This document shows, piece after piece, positions 1 through 10,934 of a stretch of 64,000 nucleotides of DNA (positions are counted from its first letter, which is position 1; every line of letters starts with the position of its first letter). The DNA comes from a virus (Duplodnaviria; Heunggongvirae; Uroviricota; Caudoviricetes): IMG/VR virus record IMGVR_UViG_3300024269_000017. One strand, given 5' to 3'. A model generated the notes under the pieces. The model saw only the letters and a program-made list of their open reading frames with translations. It ran no database searches and was not told the origin of the DNA. The position numbers and the translations under genes are program-made.

Positions 1-192
1 TTAAATTCCAACTCAACTACATCCCGCATCCCCTTATCATCTGTCATAATTAAAAAGACTTGATCAAGAATTCTCGGATTCTTATTTTTAGATACATGAA
101 ATTCAATATCAACCAAATCAGTTCCTGAAGCAAAACCTCTTGCAGGATTTAATTTGTCAAGTCTATCAAAATACATAATTGCGGCCATAGTT
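1..192 (-). CDS. hypothetical small protein (~63 aa), stop TAA at window edge
   Basis: minus-strand ATG near 190-192 preceded by GGAGGA RBS; open frame to TAA at 1-3; not in ORF track, probably because it abuts the window edge. Confidence 0.35.
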
Positions 193-263
193 GTTATCCT
201 CCTAAAATAATGGGAGAACTTTATTTGAAAGTTCTCCCACATTCTAGATTATATTAAAAATTA

Positions 264-485
264 TCAAGACTTTTTACTAGAATCTGTCCATCCAATTTCA
301 GTCCACTGATCCAACTCATCCTCTGGAATAGTGACAACTTTTTTTGTAAGTACTCCATTGGTGAGAGTTTTACCTGAATCAGCAATTAATCTCAATAAAC
401 GGACATGGTAAACGTCTTCAAGGTGAATGGGGGTGTCGAGCACCCCATTCGTACCTAAATAACGATATAAAACTGTTTTTTTCAT
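264..485 (-). CDS. hypothetical protein (73 aa)
   Basis: ORF track; AGGAGAATAGGG upstream of ATG; TGA stop. Confidence 0.5.
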   Translation of the reverse strand: MKKTVLYRYLGTNGVLDTPIHLEDVYHVRLLRLIADSGKTLTNGVLTKKVVTIPEDELDQWTEIGWTDSSKKS

Positions 486-503
486 ATCCCTATTCTCCTT
501 TTA

Positions 504-3500
504 TTAAGCTTGCATAATTTGGACAAGATTTGGATTAGCTGTAATATGAAGATCATAGTTAGTAATCCAATCATCTACATAGGAAAGAATTTCATCATAT
601 GAAGTACTGTTATTATCGTAAGTAACAACAAAACTACTTAAAGATAAATATTCTTGAGAGCTTGCACCAAACATGGCATTTGTTGACAACCAAGTTAAAG
701 CGTTTGCATTAATTGGTCTTTGAGCGGTGCCAAAATTAATAATAGACCAACCACAGTTTTGGAATGTCTTATTACCATAAGCAGCACCAAAATCTTCAAT
801 ACCATCATTGTTAGTGTCTCCAAGACTGTACTCATTATAAGGAACAGTAAGAACAACACAATCCTTATTTCGGCATGCATTTGCAAATGCACTATTGCCA
901 AAATAGCTAACATTGTTAGTATTGTCAACCACTAAATTAGTACAATTTCTGAAGCAGAAAGTTCCAATAGTAGTTAGTGAGTCAGGGAAATCAACATGAA
1001 CTAAGCTGGTTGCTTTATCAAATGCAAAATCATTAAATTTATAAATCTTACTTAAATTCTCTGCATTTTCTTGACAACCTAAGAAGAACACAGCGTACAG
1101 ATCAGTATTTTGACACATACCATTAGATACAGAGCCTGTTGCAGAAGTACCTGCAGCAATTTCTAAGATCGGCCATTCGACACCTTGTTCATCAAATACG
1201 GTAATTGGGAAACAAACTTTTCCACCAATGCCATAAGTAGGATCAAGACCAACAATAGCATAATTGCCAAGAACGGCGTCTGTTTTATAAGTAATATTTA
1301 AATACTGCTGATCAATTATATTGTCATAAACACTACTTTCCATGTAAACCGCATAGAAGTTCATGTCGCTACCTGCTAAAATACGATTTAAATCGGTGGT
1401 GTCAGTAGAAGAAGTAAGAGAAGTATGCCAACCAATAAATTTATAACAAGAAGTCAAAGCCAAAGAGGTGCTATCTCTTTGAGGAATTCTAGTAGGAGTA
1501 ATAATTGGCTTACCAGCAGGAGTTTCAATTTCTTCAAACAAAGAGCCATCATAATTATAAAAGCTCATAGTATAACCATGCACTTTATATACTGCAACAA
1601 CAGTTACGCGTCCACCATCAATAGCAGATAAGACGTGAGTATTTAATTCATTAGTTGCATAAAGTGTAACTTTATCATTATCGGTAATTACGGAATGTGC
1701 CGCTCTAAAATCAAATGTGCCATCTTCAATTGCCCAACCAACAAAGTCATAATGCAATCTAGAAGGTTCTTCTCCTTCGTAAACTACTGGGGACTCAGCA
1801 TATCCATAAGGATACTTTAACCATCCAAGTGTCTTTTGAACACCTTCTGCATTATATTCAACAAAATGAACAGAATAAGCAGGATTTACTTTGTCACCAG
1901 TAATTTCAAGATCTGGATAAAGTGCATTATAACGTTTCCACAAAGTATATTCGTCTAATGCATCTCCCTCTTCCTGATTGTTCACGTGCATACGACCAGT
2001 TAAGCCTGGAAGAATTTTAGTATTTGGTAAAAGTTCATTATAAGTTAAGAAAGAGCGGTAACGATAAGTATCAGTTTCCACAGTTGCGGTTTTATCCTCA
2101 TACATATCTAAGAAAGCTGTTACAATATCAAGATTTTTAATGACGTTTGTATCAAAAGCATCATCAAAAGTATAAATTACACCATCATTAAGTTTATTGA
2201 TCCAGCCTTCCTCATAATAACCAGTAGCTCCGTTAGGATCATGGTATACTTCGTAAGTGGTTTGATTTTTTAATTCATAATACTTTGTTGCACGATCGAA
2301 AGATGTACCAATTTCAACTAATTTATATGGAGACCATTCCACATCGGTAAAGTCACACTTTAAAATAGGTGTGGTATTTCCATCAGTAATAATGCCATTG
2401 TGTTTAGCTTCTTTTACTTTATATAAGTAATCTAACAAACGATAAGAATCAATACCCATTTTACTTCTGTCTAATACAAATGTCTCAATATTACAAGTTG
2501 TATTAGCATTAGGAGTAGTGGTATATTTATCTGTTAAATTCTTAATATATAAACCAGTTGGAGTATTATCAATGGTTGGAGCTGTTTCTACAATACCCCT
2601 TAATTCAAGAGGTTGTTTCAAAACAAAGGAGGTAATTGTTTCTGGCAAGTACAAGGTCTTTAACAAGTTACCTTCAGTAAACTCGACAGAACTTAATTGT
2701 GTACCTGTTGCCATAAAAGTATTAATTTTTTCAGCACCAGTTAATTGAAGAGAACCAGCCAACTTAGTTAAATTAGATAGGTCCATATATGTCAAAAGTC
2801 CTTTTGGACTTGTAGCAGTGATAGCCAAAGCATCAATAAATTTATCTGTGATACCATCATTGCGATAGCCATCTATCAAAGAACCAAGTGTGAAAGTACG
2901 CAAACGAATTGCTTGAGAATAGTCAATTTCATTAAGGTACTTGTCACTTAAGTTGCCAAGATCCGCGATATATTCTGGACCGCGAATATAAGCCAACTGT
3001 TGAGACAATGGAACGCCATCGTCTAAGCGGTTTTTAATAGAAGATGGTGGGTCAATAAGAACAGGATCGTCTTGACCGGCAACATAAGGCTTAGGCGTGG
3101 TAGCAGTTTCATCATATACTACAGATAGATACTGAGATAAGTATCCATGTAGATTGAATGATGCACTTGCCTGCAAACCTTCTACTAAGTTACCTTCTTC
3201 ATCTTTAGTATCATCAGAAGTACGAGCAAGGTCGTTTGCATTATAACGCAATTTAATTTGCTTCTTAATAAATTCAGGATTATAAGAACCACCTAACCAC
3301 TGAGAGTCAAGATAATTCAAACGATTGCGGAAGAATGCTTGACGATTTAAAGTTCTATCACCTTGCAAGCAGTAGAAATAACCTTCAGTTTGAGAAATAG
3401 TTCCTTCTTGATCGGTATATCCTGTAGTTGCAGGAGAGATATATTTATAATCAGCGTCAATGTTCTTCATAATTTCGCTCCACTTGTCAGAACCATTGGT

Positions 3501-6500
3501 ATTATAATGTTCATTAAGTGTATCGAGTTCAATCGCACCTTCATTGCGTAAGCCGCGATAAATTGCTAAAATTTTGTCCATCATTAATCCAGCGAAGTTG
3601 ATCCATAAAACTGAACCAGCACCAGAGAAGATGGAAGCATCTTTAAATGCATGACCTGTGTCGTCATAAATATCAGGATCTTCAGATACTAATGTTGCAT
3701 CAGTGTTGTAGTCCCAAGAAACATGTCCGGAATTGTTTACACCTAACTGAGTATCAATATCGTAGAAAATTGGGAACCAAATAAAATCACCGTTAGCATT
3801 AGACTTAGCAGTTGGACCCCATGTTGCAATCATCATATTCTTTTGACGAGAGTCATAGCACAAAAGCAATTCAGTCATAATGAAATAGATTGCACAATAA
3901 TCAAGATCAAAGTGCTCAGTAAATTCATTTCTGAACTTAGCTTTTCTATAGCGGATAGAGTCAGTATCAAATTTCTCATAAAGATCTGCGCTAAAACCTT
4001 CCCAGACCAAATTTACTTCAATAGTAAATTCATCACGAGCATAGTTTTCACTAATCTCTAATCCACAATTTGCAACTGCCTCTTGGTCACTACCTTCAGG
4101 CATTTCGTAATAGAATAATCCATCTTCATGTTTTACAAAAGTATAAGGTCCAACGTATTTCTCATAATCATGAGTCATACCATTAGCTTTATCTTCTTCA
4201 GTCAGAGTGCCATTTACAGCTACTAAGAAATCAGTAAATGTCTTAAGATTATTAACAATTACGCTATTTGCATTATCTGTTTCATTCAAAGTCTGATAAG
4301 CAGCTTGAATGGTAGGAGTAATATTTGCTTTTGTATAAGTCTGATCTGCGCCAAGAGTATAATAAGTAACACCATGCTCATATTGAGAAGATAAGGTTAA
4401 ATAATATTTGGTCGCATCTAATGCACTACCAGTGAACTTTGTGGTATCTGTGCTATGTACCCAATCCCACATTACCTTAAAATTCTTGGTATGATCTTTA
4501 ATATACTGATTTGCTACACCAATCTCATTATCTTTATAAACATCTCCGATATCCCAGTCTTCATAAGTATAACGAGGCTCGAAATGATTATAAATTTGTA
4601 GACGACCAGCATTTTCTTCAGTGTTAGGAATTAATTCGTAGAAACCATTCACATCATCGCTTTGGAATTTACCAAGACCAGACTGGTTCTGGCAGAATTC
4701 CCAACATTCGGCTAACTCGCCAAAAGTACTCTTACGAGGCGTAGTTTCTTCTCTTAGCTCTTCATCATCGCTTAATTCATCGACCTTCTGCCAAGAGGTA
4801 TGAATCTTTTCTACGGAATATGGATTATATACACGTTTTGTTGGGTCTAAATCCCATCCAAAGTCAAAGCCAAATGTATTGGTAGCACCCTTATCAAGAT
4901 TAAAATTGTACTTACCAACATACTCAATATTACCATCAATGTCTTCCCAGAATACCAAAATTGGGAATCCGAAAACAGTGGTTCTATAATCTTTGGTTTG
5001 ACCAAAATATTTCTTTAATGGATGTCTCAAGTCTGCACTCTTGTCACTGCCAGTTTGATTTGCAATAGTCTGGATCAAATTGGCAAATTGCGTATTATGT
5101 GTACTTGAACTTTCCATATAGTCAGCTTTTAAACAGAAAGTCTTCGCGGCGATACCATTACCAATATCAATTTTAGAAATCATTTTACTTTCGTCATTAT
5201 GATCTTGATACCAGTAATCTTTCTTGTTTTCGTCGCCATCCCAAGTTTCAAAGCGGAAAGGTTTGTCCCAACTTGTAATACCAGAAACTTTTTCTTGGGT
5301 CTTTAACTTATAATTACGACGTGGATAACCCTGAGAAGAAGTTCCTTGCACGTCCAATTCAACATTCTGACAATGGAAGCCTTGACTTGGTTTAGCTGGA
5401 TTCCAGAAACGAATACCAACAGCTTTCTTGTTTCCTTTTGCGTAAGGAAGTTTATTGTCAGCCGTAGCACCTACATCAGAATTTTTATAAGTTGTAATAA
5501 CCATTGTTGGGATAATATCTGCTTGACGCACTTTAGCATAATCAATTTTATTACTTTCAACAATAGAACCATTGCGATTATAACGATTATGTCTCTCATC
5601 AAGAGTTGGAGCATCACCAATCCAGTTTTGAGTAATCGCAGAATAATTTAATGCATTTGTGTAAACACGAATATTAAAAATATCAACATCACAATAATCA
5701 GAGTTAATAACAATCTTATCAACGGAAGCGCTAAAGTCATCATTAGAAGTAAATTTCATAATATTGGTCAAAACACCATTAACATATAAATAAATTAATG
5801 GAATAGTATTTGAAGTTGGAGCACCAGTTTCTGTATTATAAATCTGAGTAAATTTACCAGCTGCATCTACTACGATAGAAATTTTTACTCTTTCATCATC
5901 GGTATAACGAGCATTAACAACTTTAGTTTTAGAAAGACTGAAGAAAGCCTCTTGAGTACCAAGCATAAAACCACGATAGTTGCTAGGATTAAAATATGTT
6001 AAAAATGCTCCTTCGCCACTAGATACAGTTTTTACCTGTTCAGTTTCTGGAGTTCCATCTTCGTCGAACATTGGGTTGCCATTAGCATCAATCTTTTGTA
6101 CTGCTTTTTCAATAATTAAGCGAGAGTAATCAACAGCATTACGAACTTTAAAATCAAATTCATAAGTACGAGAAGCCGCTTTGACAGTAGACATCGCTGC
6201 TAAAGGAATTTCAACAGAAGCACCATTGCTAACTCTTAAACAAGTACCTTCAGATTCATCCTCAATCCAACCATTATTAGCCCAGTTAAAATTATTAAAT
6301 TTAATTTCTCCAAGACCAATAGTATCATCTTGAGTTTCTGCTTTGTTTGGCCATTGTTGACGTTTATTTGGGGTTTCTAGATTAGAACGTCCAAGAGCAT
6401 TCAAATATAAAACTGCACCTTTTGTAGCGTCAAGGTCCATCTTATAATTTGGAACAATGAACACTTGGAATTCTTTATAAGTTAAACCGCACTGTAAAAT

Positions 6501-7817
6501 GAAAGAGTTCATTTCATTTACATTATAAGTAGCGATAGTCCATGGTTGCCATTCGGTTTCAGAATAAGTTACAGTAACACCAATTTGTTCTTCACCATTG
6601 ATGTAATATTCAACATACGCTTTACCATCATTACGAGTTGGATCATATACATTATAAGGAATCTTAATAATTGTATAATTTTCCTCTTCTGTCTTATTAT
6701 ATGGAGACCAAATAATTGGTACAGCTTTTTCACCAGAAGTGATATTTCTAAATACACCAATACCGTAATGATAATCACCAACAACAACTTCACTCGTGCC
6801 GATCATCATTGTCGCGTGAACATCTAATGTATGACCACCTTGATCTACGTTAGACAATAAATCATTTAATTTAAAGGCGCCACTTTGAGAAGTAACAACA
6901 TCGCTTACTTCATAGCTAAGTCCGCTTAATCCATCAGTGAGCGTATAAACAACATTAATACTCCAGTCGTCAGGAAGCTTAGATCCTTGTCCGGCATAAA
7001 CTTTATAATAATATTGCACATCTTGTTCTTCTGGTTTTAAGAGTGCAATTGGATTCCATTGATTTGTTGGCTCATAGTGAACATCAACACAAGTAACTTG
7101 ACGAGTTACTGGAGAGCTATAGCGGAGATCTACTTCTACTTGGAAAAGGAAATAGTTCTGATCACCAGCAACCACATCATCGGCATTTAGCTCAATATCA
7201 AACCAATCTCCAACATCAACGGTAAAACTCTTTGTAAAACGAGGAGCAATACCTTCTTTATATTCTCCAACGTTATTATAAATTTGCAAAGTAAAAGTAC
7301 CAGATTGACCTCCGCGGGCATCAGTAACTTTACCTTTACCAATTAACTTTGTTCCATATGGATGATATTTAGGAAAATCAATAGAAAGCAAAATGCTGGA
7401 ATCGAAGATTTCATCTCCATCTCCATCGCCGATTCCACCACCACCGCCACCGGCAATGAGAAGCTTTTCGCAATAAGCAAGAACATCATCCATCTGCACA
7501 ATCTTATAGAACGTATTATCAGAATTAATAATAATACTACCAACAAGATAGTGATCTTCTAAAATATTCTCACGAGGAAATGGATATAGTGCTGTTTCAG
7601 GATCTAAAACAAGCTCTTCGGGTGGAGTGTCACCATAAACGAAAAGGATACCATTTCCGCTCATTTGATAACGGTTACCATTTACATCGAAGAAGATTTT
7701 TCTATTATCATAAGCAAAATAAACGGCGCCGTTTCTTTTAATCGCGGCATTAACCATTTCTTCTGTACCATGATAAGGACTAAAAGCATCAGTAGAGATT
7801 CTTTCAGATACATTCAT
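504..7817 (-). CDS. giant tail fibre / host-recognition protein (2437 aa)
   Basis: uninterrupted 7.3-kb ORF; RBS GGAAGGAG 8 nt upstream; Gly/Asp low-complexity tract near N-terminus; position at distal end of tail module; TAA stop; no in-frame TAG. Confidence 0.8.
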   Translation of the reverse strand: MNVSERISTDAFSPYHGTEEMVNAAIKRNGAVYFAYDNRKIFFDVNGNRYQMSGNGILFVYGDTPPEELVLDPETALYPFPRENILEDHYLVGSIIINSDNTFYKIVQMDDVLAYCEKLLIAGGGGGGIGDGDGDEIFDSSILLSIDFPKYHPYGTKLIGKGKVTDARGGQSGTFTLQIYNNVGEYKEGIAPRFTKSFTVDVGDWFDIELNADDVVAGDQNYFLFQVEVDLRYSSPVTRQVTCVDVHYEPTNQWNPIALLKPEEQDVQYYYKVYAGQGSKLPDDWSINVVYTLTDGLSGLSYEVSDVVTSQSGAFKLNDLLSNVDQGGHTLDVHATMMIGTSEVVVGDYHYGIGVFRNITSGEKAVPIIWSPYNKTEEENYTIIKIPYNVYDPTRNDGKAYVEYYINGEEQIGVTVTYSETEWQPWTIATYNVNEMNSFILQCGLTYKEFQVFIVPNYKMDLDATKGAVLYLNALGRSNLETPNKRQQWPNKAETQDDTIGLGEIKFNNFNWANNGWIEDESEGTCLRVSNGASVEIPLAAMSTVKAASRTYEFDFKVRNAVDYSRLIIEKAVQKIDANGNPMFDEDGTPETEQVKTVSSGEGAFLTYFNPSNYRGFMLGTQEAFFSLSKTKVVNARYTDDERVKISIVVDAAGKFTQIYNTETGAPTSNTIPLIYLYVNGVLTNIMKFTSNDDFSASVDKIVINSDYCDVDIFNIRVYTNALNYSAITQNWIGDAPTLDERHNRYNRNGSIVESNKIDYAKVRQADIIPTMVITTYKNSDVGATADNKLPYAKGNKKAVGIRFWNPAKPSQGFHCQNVELDVQGTSSQGYPRRNYKLKTQEKVSGITSWDKPFRFETWDGDENKKDYWYQDHNDESKMISKIDIGNGIAAKTFCLKADYMESSSTHNTQFANLIQTIANQTGSDKSADLRHPLKKYFGQTKDYRTTVFGFPILVFWEDIDGNIEYVGKYNFNLDKGATNTFGFDFGWDLDPTKRVYNPYSVEKIHTSWQKVDELSDDEELREETTPRKSTFGELAECWEFCQNQSGLGKFQSDDVNGFYELIPNTEENAGRLQIYNHFEPRYTYEDWDIGDVYKDNEIGVANQYIKDHTKNFKVMWDWVHSTDTTKFTGSALDATKYYLTLSSQYEHGVTYYTLGADQTYTKANITPTIQAAYQTLNETDNANSVIVNNLKTFTDFLVAVNGTLTEEDKANGMTHDYEKYVGPYTFVKHEDGLFYYEMPEGSDQEAVANCGLEISENYARDEFTIEVNLVWEGFSADLYEKFDTDSIRYRKAKFRNEFTEHFDLDYCAIYFIMTELLLCYDSRQKNMMIATWGPTAKSNANGDFIWFPIFYDIDTQLGVNNSGHVSWDYNTDATLVSEDPDIYDDTGHAFKDASIFSGAGSVLWINFAGLMMDKILAIYRGLRNEGAIELDTLNEHYNTNGSDKWSEIMKNIDADYKYISPATTGYTDQEGTISQTEGYFYCLQGDRTLNRQAFFRNRLNYLDSQWLGGSYNPEFIKKQIKLRYNANDLARTSDDTKDEEGNLVEGLQASASFNLHGYLSQYLSVVYDETATTPKPYVAGQDDPVLIDPPSSIKNRLDDGVPLSQQLAYIRGPEYIADLGNLSDKYLNEIDYSQAIRLRTFTLGSLIDGYRNDGITDKFIDALAITATSPKGLLTYMDLSNLTKLAGSLQLTGAEKINTFMATGTQLSSVEFTEGNLLKTLYLPETITSFVLKQPLELRGIVETAPTIDNTPTGLYIKNLTDKYTTTPNANTTCNIETFVLDRSKMGIDSYRLLDYLYKVKEAKHNGIITDGNTTPILKCDFTDVEWSPYKLVEIGTSFDRATKYYELKNQTTYEVYHDPNGATGYYEEGWINKLNDGVIYTFDDAFDTNVIKNLDIVTAFLDMYEDKTATVETDTYRYRSFLTYNELLPNTKILPGLTGRMHVNNQEEGDALDEYTLWKRYNALYPDLEITGDKVNPAYSVHFVEYNAEGVQKTLGWLKYPYGYAESPVVYEGEEPSRLHYDFVGWAIEDGTFDFRAAHSVITDNDKVTLYATNELNTHVLSAIDGGRVTVVAVYKVHGYTMSFYNYDGSLFEEIETPAGKPIITPTRIPQRDSTSLALTSCYKFIGWHTSLTSSTDTTDLNRILAGSDMNFYAVYMESSVYDNIIDQQYLNITYKTDAVLGNYAIVGLDPTYGIGGKVCFPITVFDEQGVEWPILEIAAGTSATGSVSNGMCQNTDLYAVFFLGCQENAENLSKIYKFNDFAFDKATSLVHVDFPDSLTTIGTFCFRNCTNLVVDNTNNVSYFGNSAFANACRNKDCVVLTVPYNEYSLGDTNNDGIEDFGAAYGNKTFQNCGWSIINFGTAQRPINANALTWLSTNAMFGASSQEYLSLSSFVVTYDNNSTSYDEILSYVDDWITNYDLHITANPNLVQIMQA

Positions 7818-7851
7818 AAAACGATTTTCTCCTTCCTCTCAAAAAATAAAA

Positions 7852-7880
7852 AGGGCAAAGTGCAGTGTCACTTTGCCCTG
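7852..7880 (-). terminator. rho-independent terminator after 7899-9545 gene
   Basis: GC hairpin GGGCAAAGTG...CACTTTGCCC followed on minus strand by T-run. Confidence 0.5.
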
Positions 7881-7898
7881 TGTAGTAAAATTTATAAA

Positions 7899-9545
7899 TT
7901 AGGCGAATTCTCCCCAGACAAGATCAATAGTAACTGCAGAACCAGAAGCGGTTACAGTTAAGTTATTACTCTTAACGGAGAAGGAGCCTTCTACTTCCTC
8001 ACCAGACTGCTGAGCCACGACAGTCTTAACAGTCGCGGTATTGCTTGCAGCGGATGCAGAATAAGCAATACTGCTAAGAGTGTGATTGGCTACAGAATAA
8101 GTACCAGTGGTGATAGCAGTTACATGGCCATACTCATCATAAGTTACGCCACTAATCGCAGCGAAGGTTTGAGTGGTACCAGCAGTAGTAAGATTTGCAG
8201 TACTGGTCTTTGCCTGTACGGTCTTAGTTGGGTGAGCAATAGTTAAAGTAGTACCACTAGCGCTGCCAGTTAAGCCACTACCAACTGCAATAGAACCAAC
8301 ATTAGACTCTTCACTTGCAAAGCTCTGAACAAGAGTGAATTCAGAATCAGAAACAGCAGCTGTATACTGATACAAATCATCATTGCCTGCAGGTACGTAC
8401 TTCCACTCAAGAGCAGCAGTAATCTTACCGTCGGTCTCAGTACCAGTTGCAATGAACAAATCACCGACCTTGGCGCCAGCTTGTACCAAAGCACCAGAAG
8501 TATTCTTGATATCGCCAGCGGTACTTACAATGTAAGTATCACCAACTGCAACACCAGAATTAGCAACTGGAAGATTGGTAGTTCCGCCAACCGCGCCAAT
8601 AAATGTCATTGCATTCGCAGTCTTTAGCTGTGCGGTAATTGCAGCATCAACTTCAGTCTTAGTGTAAAGATCAGCAAGAGTTGCAGTACCATTTACAAAC
8701 TGAGCAGTCGCCTTTGCTGCGCCATAACCATACTTAATAATCGGAGTGATACCGGTGCTAGCAACTTCCTCACCATCAGCAAGCTGAATAGTAGTCTTAA
8801 AGGCACCATTATTATCAAAAGCATTGGTAATGCTCTGAGGGGCAACATTCAAATTAATTTGATTTGTGCCAGTTGCAGTAATCGCAACACCGCCACCATT
8901 ATTTAACTTTAAGGTATGGTTGGTAGTGCTTGCAGTTTTTGCAGTACCATCTGCATTATAACCACTCTTGATTTCACCCAAGGTGATAGTAGCCACATTA
9001 CTTGCAACGCTTGCGCCCAAGCTATTGCTGGTAATAGTATCTGCAGAAGTGATGACAATACCATTGCTATCAGCATTAACATTGGTAGTCGCGGTATTAC
9101 CACTTGCAATAATTAAGCTAAATCCATCGGTTACATCTGTGCCATTCTTGTCATACAAAGAAAGCTTAGCCTTAGCCTTCTCGCCATCAGTTACTTCTGA
9201 ATATACAGTTTCGCTGCTGGCAATAATATTCTCAAGAACAGGAGCAGCATTAATTTGTACCCATTGAGAATTGTTTTCAGTTGTATTATAGCAACACAAA
9301 ATGTTATCCTTGCGGACATAGTAAAGAGCAGTCTTACGCTCCTCAGGTGGATAAGTAGGCAAATCCGCAGTGGTATTTACCATAACAATATCACTTAAAC
9401 GAAGTCTCTTGCCACCCAAGTCAGCATACATAATATGCTCATCGGTCGTAACATACACATTACCATTAGTAATGTCAACCTTACTTAGATTAGTAGATAA
9501 ACCACTTAAAAAGCGAAGTTTGTTATCTGTTGCATTAATCGCCAT
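7899..9545 (-). CDS. tail fibre-like protein, Thr/Ala/Gly-rich (548 aa)
   Basis: ORF track; composition typical of fibre shaft; TAA stop. Confidence 0.7.
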   Translation of the reverse strand: MAINATDNKLRFLSGLSTNLSKVDITNGNVYVTTDEHIMYADLGGKRLRLSDIVMVNTTADLPTYPPEERKTALYYVRKDNILCCYNTTENNSQWVQINAAPVLENIIASSETVYSEVTDGEKAKAKLSLYDKNGTDVTDGFSLIIASGNTATTNVNADSNGIVITSADTITSNSLGASVASNVATITLGEIKSGYNADGTAKTASTTNHTLKLNNGGGVAITATGTNQINLNVAPQSITNAFDNNGAFKTTIQLADGEEVASTGITPIIKYGYGAAKATAQFVNGTATLADLYTKTEVDAAITAQLKTANAMTFIGAVGGTTNLPVANSGVAVGDTYIVSTAGDIKNTSGALVQAGAKVGDLFIATGTETDGKITAALEWKYVPAGNDDLYQYTAAVSDSEFTLVQSFASEESNVGSIAVGSGLTGSASGTTLTIAHPTKTVQAKTSTANLTTAGTTQTFAAISGVTYDEYGHVTAITTGTYSVANHTLSSIAYSASAASNTATVKTVVAQQSGEEVEGSFSVKSNNLTVTASGSAVTIDLVWGEFA

Positions 9546-9564
9546 AAGTTAGTCCCTCCTATTT

Positions 9565-10920
9565 TTAATTATCAGAAATTGCAGACCAAGTCATAGTCAT
9601 GCTAGAAGAACGAGCATCGACATACTCGGTAACAGTAGTATAAGTAACTCCATCAAAAGTAAGATTTCCAATGCGACTATCCATCGGTTGAGCCCAATTG
9701 CCTTGAGCAGTTAATACATACATATTATCTGTATCGGCAACAACACCAGCTGATGGAACAGGCACTAAACCAGCTAAGCCTTGACTCTTAGTAAAATCAT
9801 AAAGTAAAGCTTTACCGTCAGACTCAGGAACATCTGTACCATTAATACGAACACCATTAATATAATCTAATCCGCCAATTTGATTTTGTAGATTTTCTAA
9901 GGAGCCAAGAATGCCTGAGGCAATAATTGGATTGCCTTCTGCATCAGTACCGGAAGCAGTTCCGATAATTGAGGCTAAACCATCTACATCAGTACGTAAC
10001 GTACCAATATTAGTTTGTGCAATTTTAACAGAACTTTCTAATGTGCCAGTACGAGACTCTAAATTGGCAATAGATGTATTTAATGTCCCAACAGTTGTTT
10101 TTAAACCAGAAACATCTGTCTCAAGTGTTCCTATACGAGTTTCAAAACTAGAAAGATCAACTGGGCTACCCAACTCTTCCCATTTTTGTCCATCGTAGAT
10201 ATATTCTGTTGAAGTTTCTTTTACGATATAAATATCGCCAGATTCTGCTGTTTCTGGAAGATCATCTTCTGTTTCAACAGAACCGCGATAATGAGTTGCT
10301 CCAGCGAATTCCGCTTGAGCCTCTTCCTTAGTATAATAATTATTGGTTAGATTGGATTTAACACCTGCGACCTCAGTTTGCAATGCAGTAATTGCGGTTT
10401 GAAGTCCATCTACAGTAGTTGGATTTGGTTCATACCAACCTAAAACGAAAGTTGTACCATCTTCATCAAGAGTAACCTGAGGAATTAATCCTGCTTTCCA
10501 AGGGTACTCATCATTAACTTCTTGAAGCACGTAAGCGGCAGGAACTTCTGCCCCAGACTCATCTTCATGAGCAGCAACATAACGATAATACTTAGATCCA
10601 AAATCTCGTAAAGTCAAAAGACCCTGATCATCAAGAACAATAGTATTTTCGTCTACATTAACTGCGTCTCCACCTGCTCCAGAACCAACTTCAAGTAAAG
10701 TGCCAGCAGTATCGGAAATTACATATACCGTAGAGGTGTTATCTGTTTCATTAACATAAGTAACAATTTGACCAACATAAGCAACTGTGCTTGTGCTTGC
10801 ATATGTTACAAGAGCGTCATAATCATACCAAATAGAAGTGGAATCTAATGGAATAGGGTTACCACGCTTGATATTAATCGGAAGAGGCATAAATCCGCCG
10901 TCTTTTTTAATTACAGCCAT
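9565..10920 (-). CDS. tail fibre/needle protein with heptad-like GTLxT repeats (451 aa)
   Basis: ORF track; repeated TRIGTLETDVSGL / TLESSV motifs suggest trimeric coiled coil; TAA stop. Confidence 0.7.
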   Translation of the reverse strand: MAVIKKDGGFMPLPINIKRGNPIPLDSTSIWYDYDALVTYASTSTVAYVGQIVTYVNETDNTSTVYVISDTAGTLLEVGSGAGGDAVNVDENTIVLDDQGLLTLRDFGSKYYRYVAAHEDESGAEVPAAYVLQEVNDEYPWKAGLIPQVTLDEDGTTFVLGWYEPNPTTVDGLQTAITALQTEVAGVKSNLTNNYYTKEEAQAEFAGATHYRGSVETEDDLPETAESGDIYIVKETSTEYIYDGQKWEELGSPVDLSSFETRIGTLETDVSGLKTTVGTLNTSIANLESRTGTLESSVKIAQTNIGTLRTDVDGLASIIGTASGTDAEGNPIIASGILGSLENLQNQIGGLDYINGVRINGTDVPESDGKALLYDFTKSQGLAGLVPVPSAGVVADTDNMYVLTAQGNWAQPMDSRIGNLTFDGVTYTTVTEYVDARSSSMTMTWSAISDN

Positions 10921-10934
10921 TTCTTTTCTCCTCC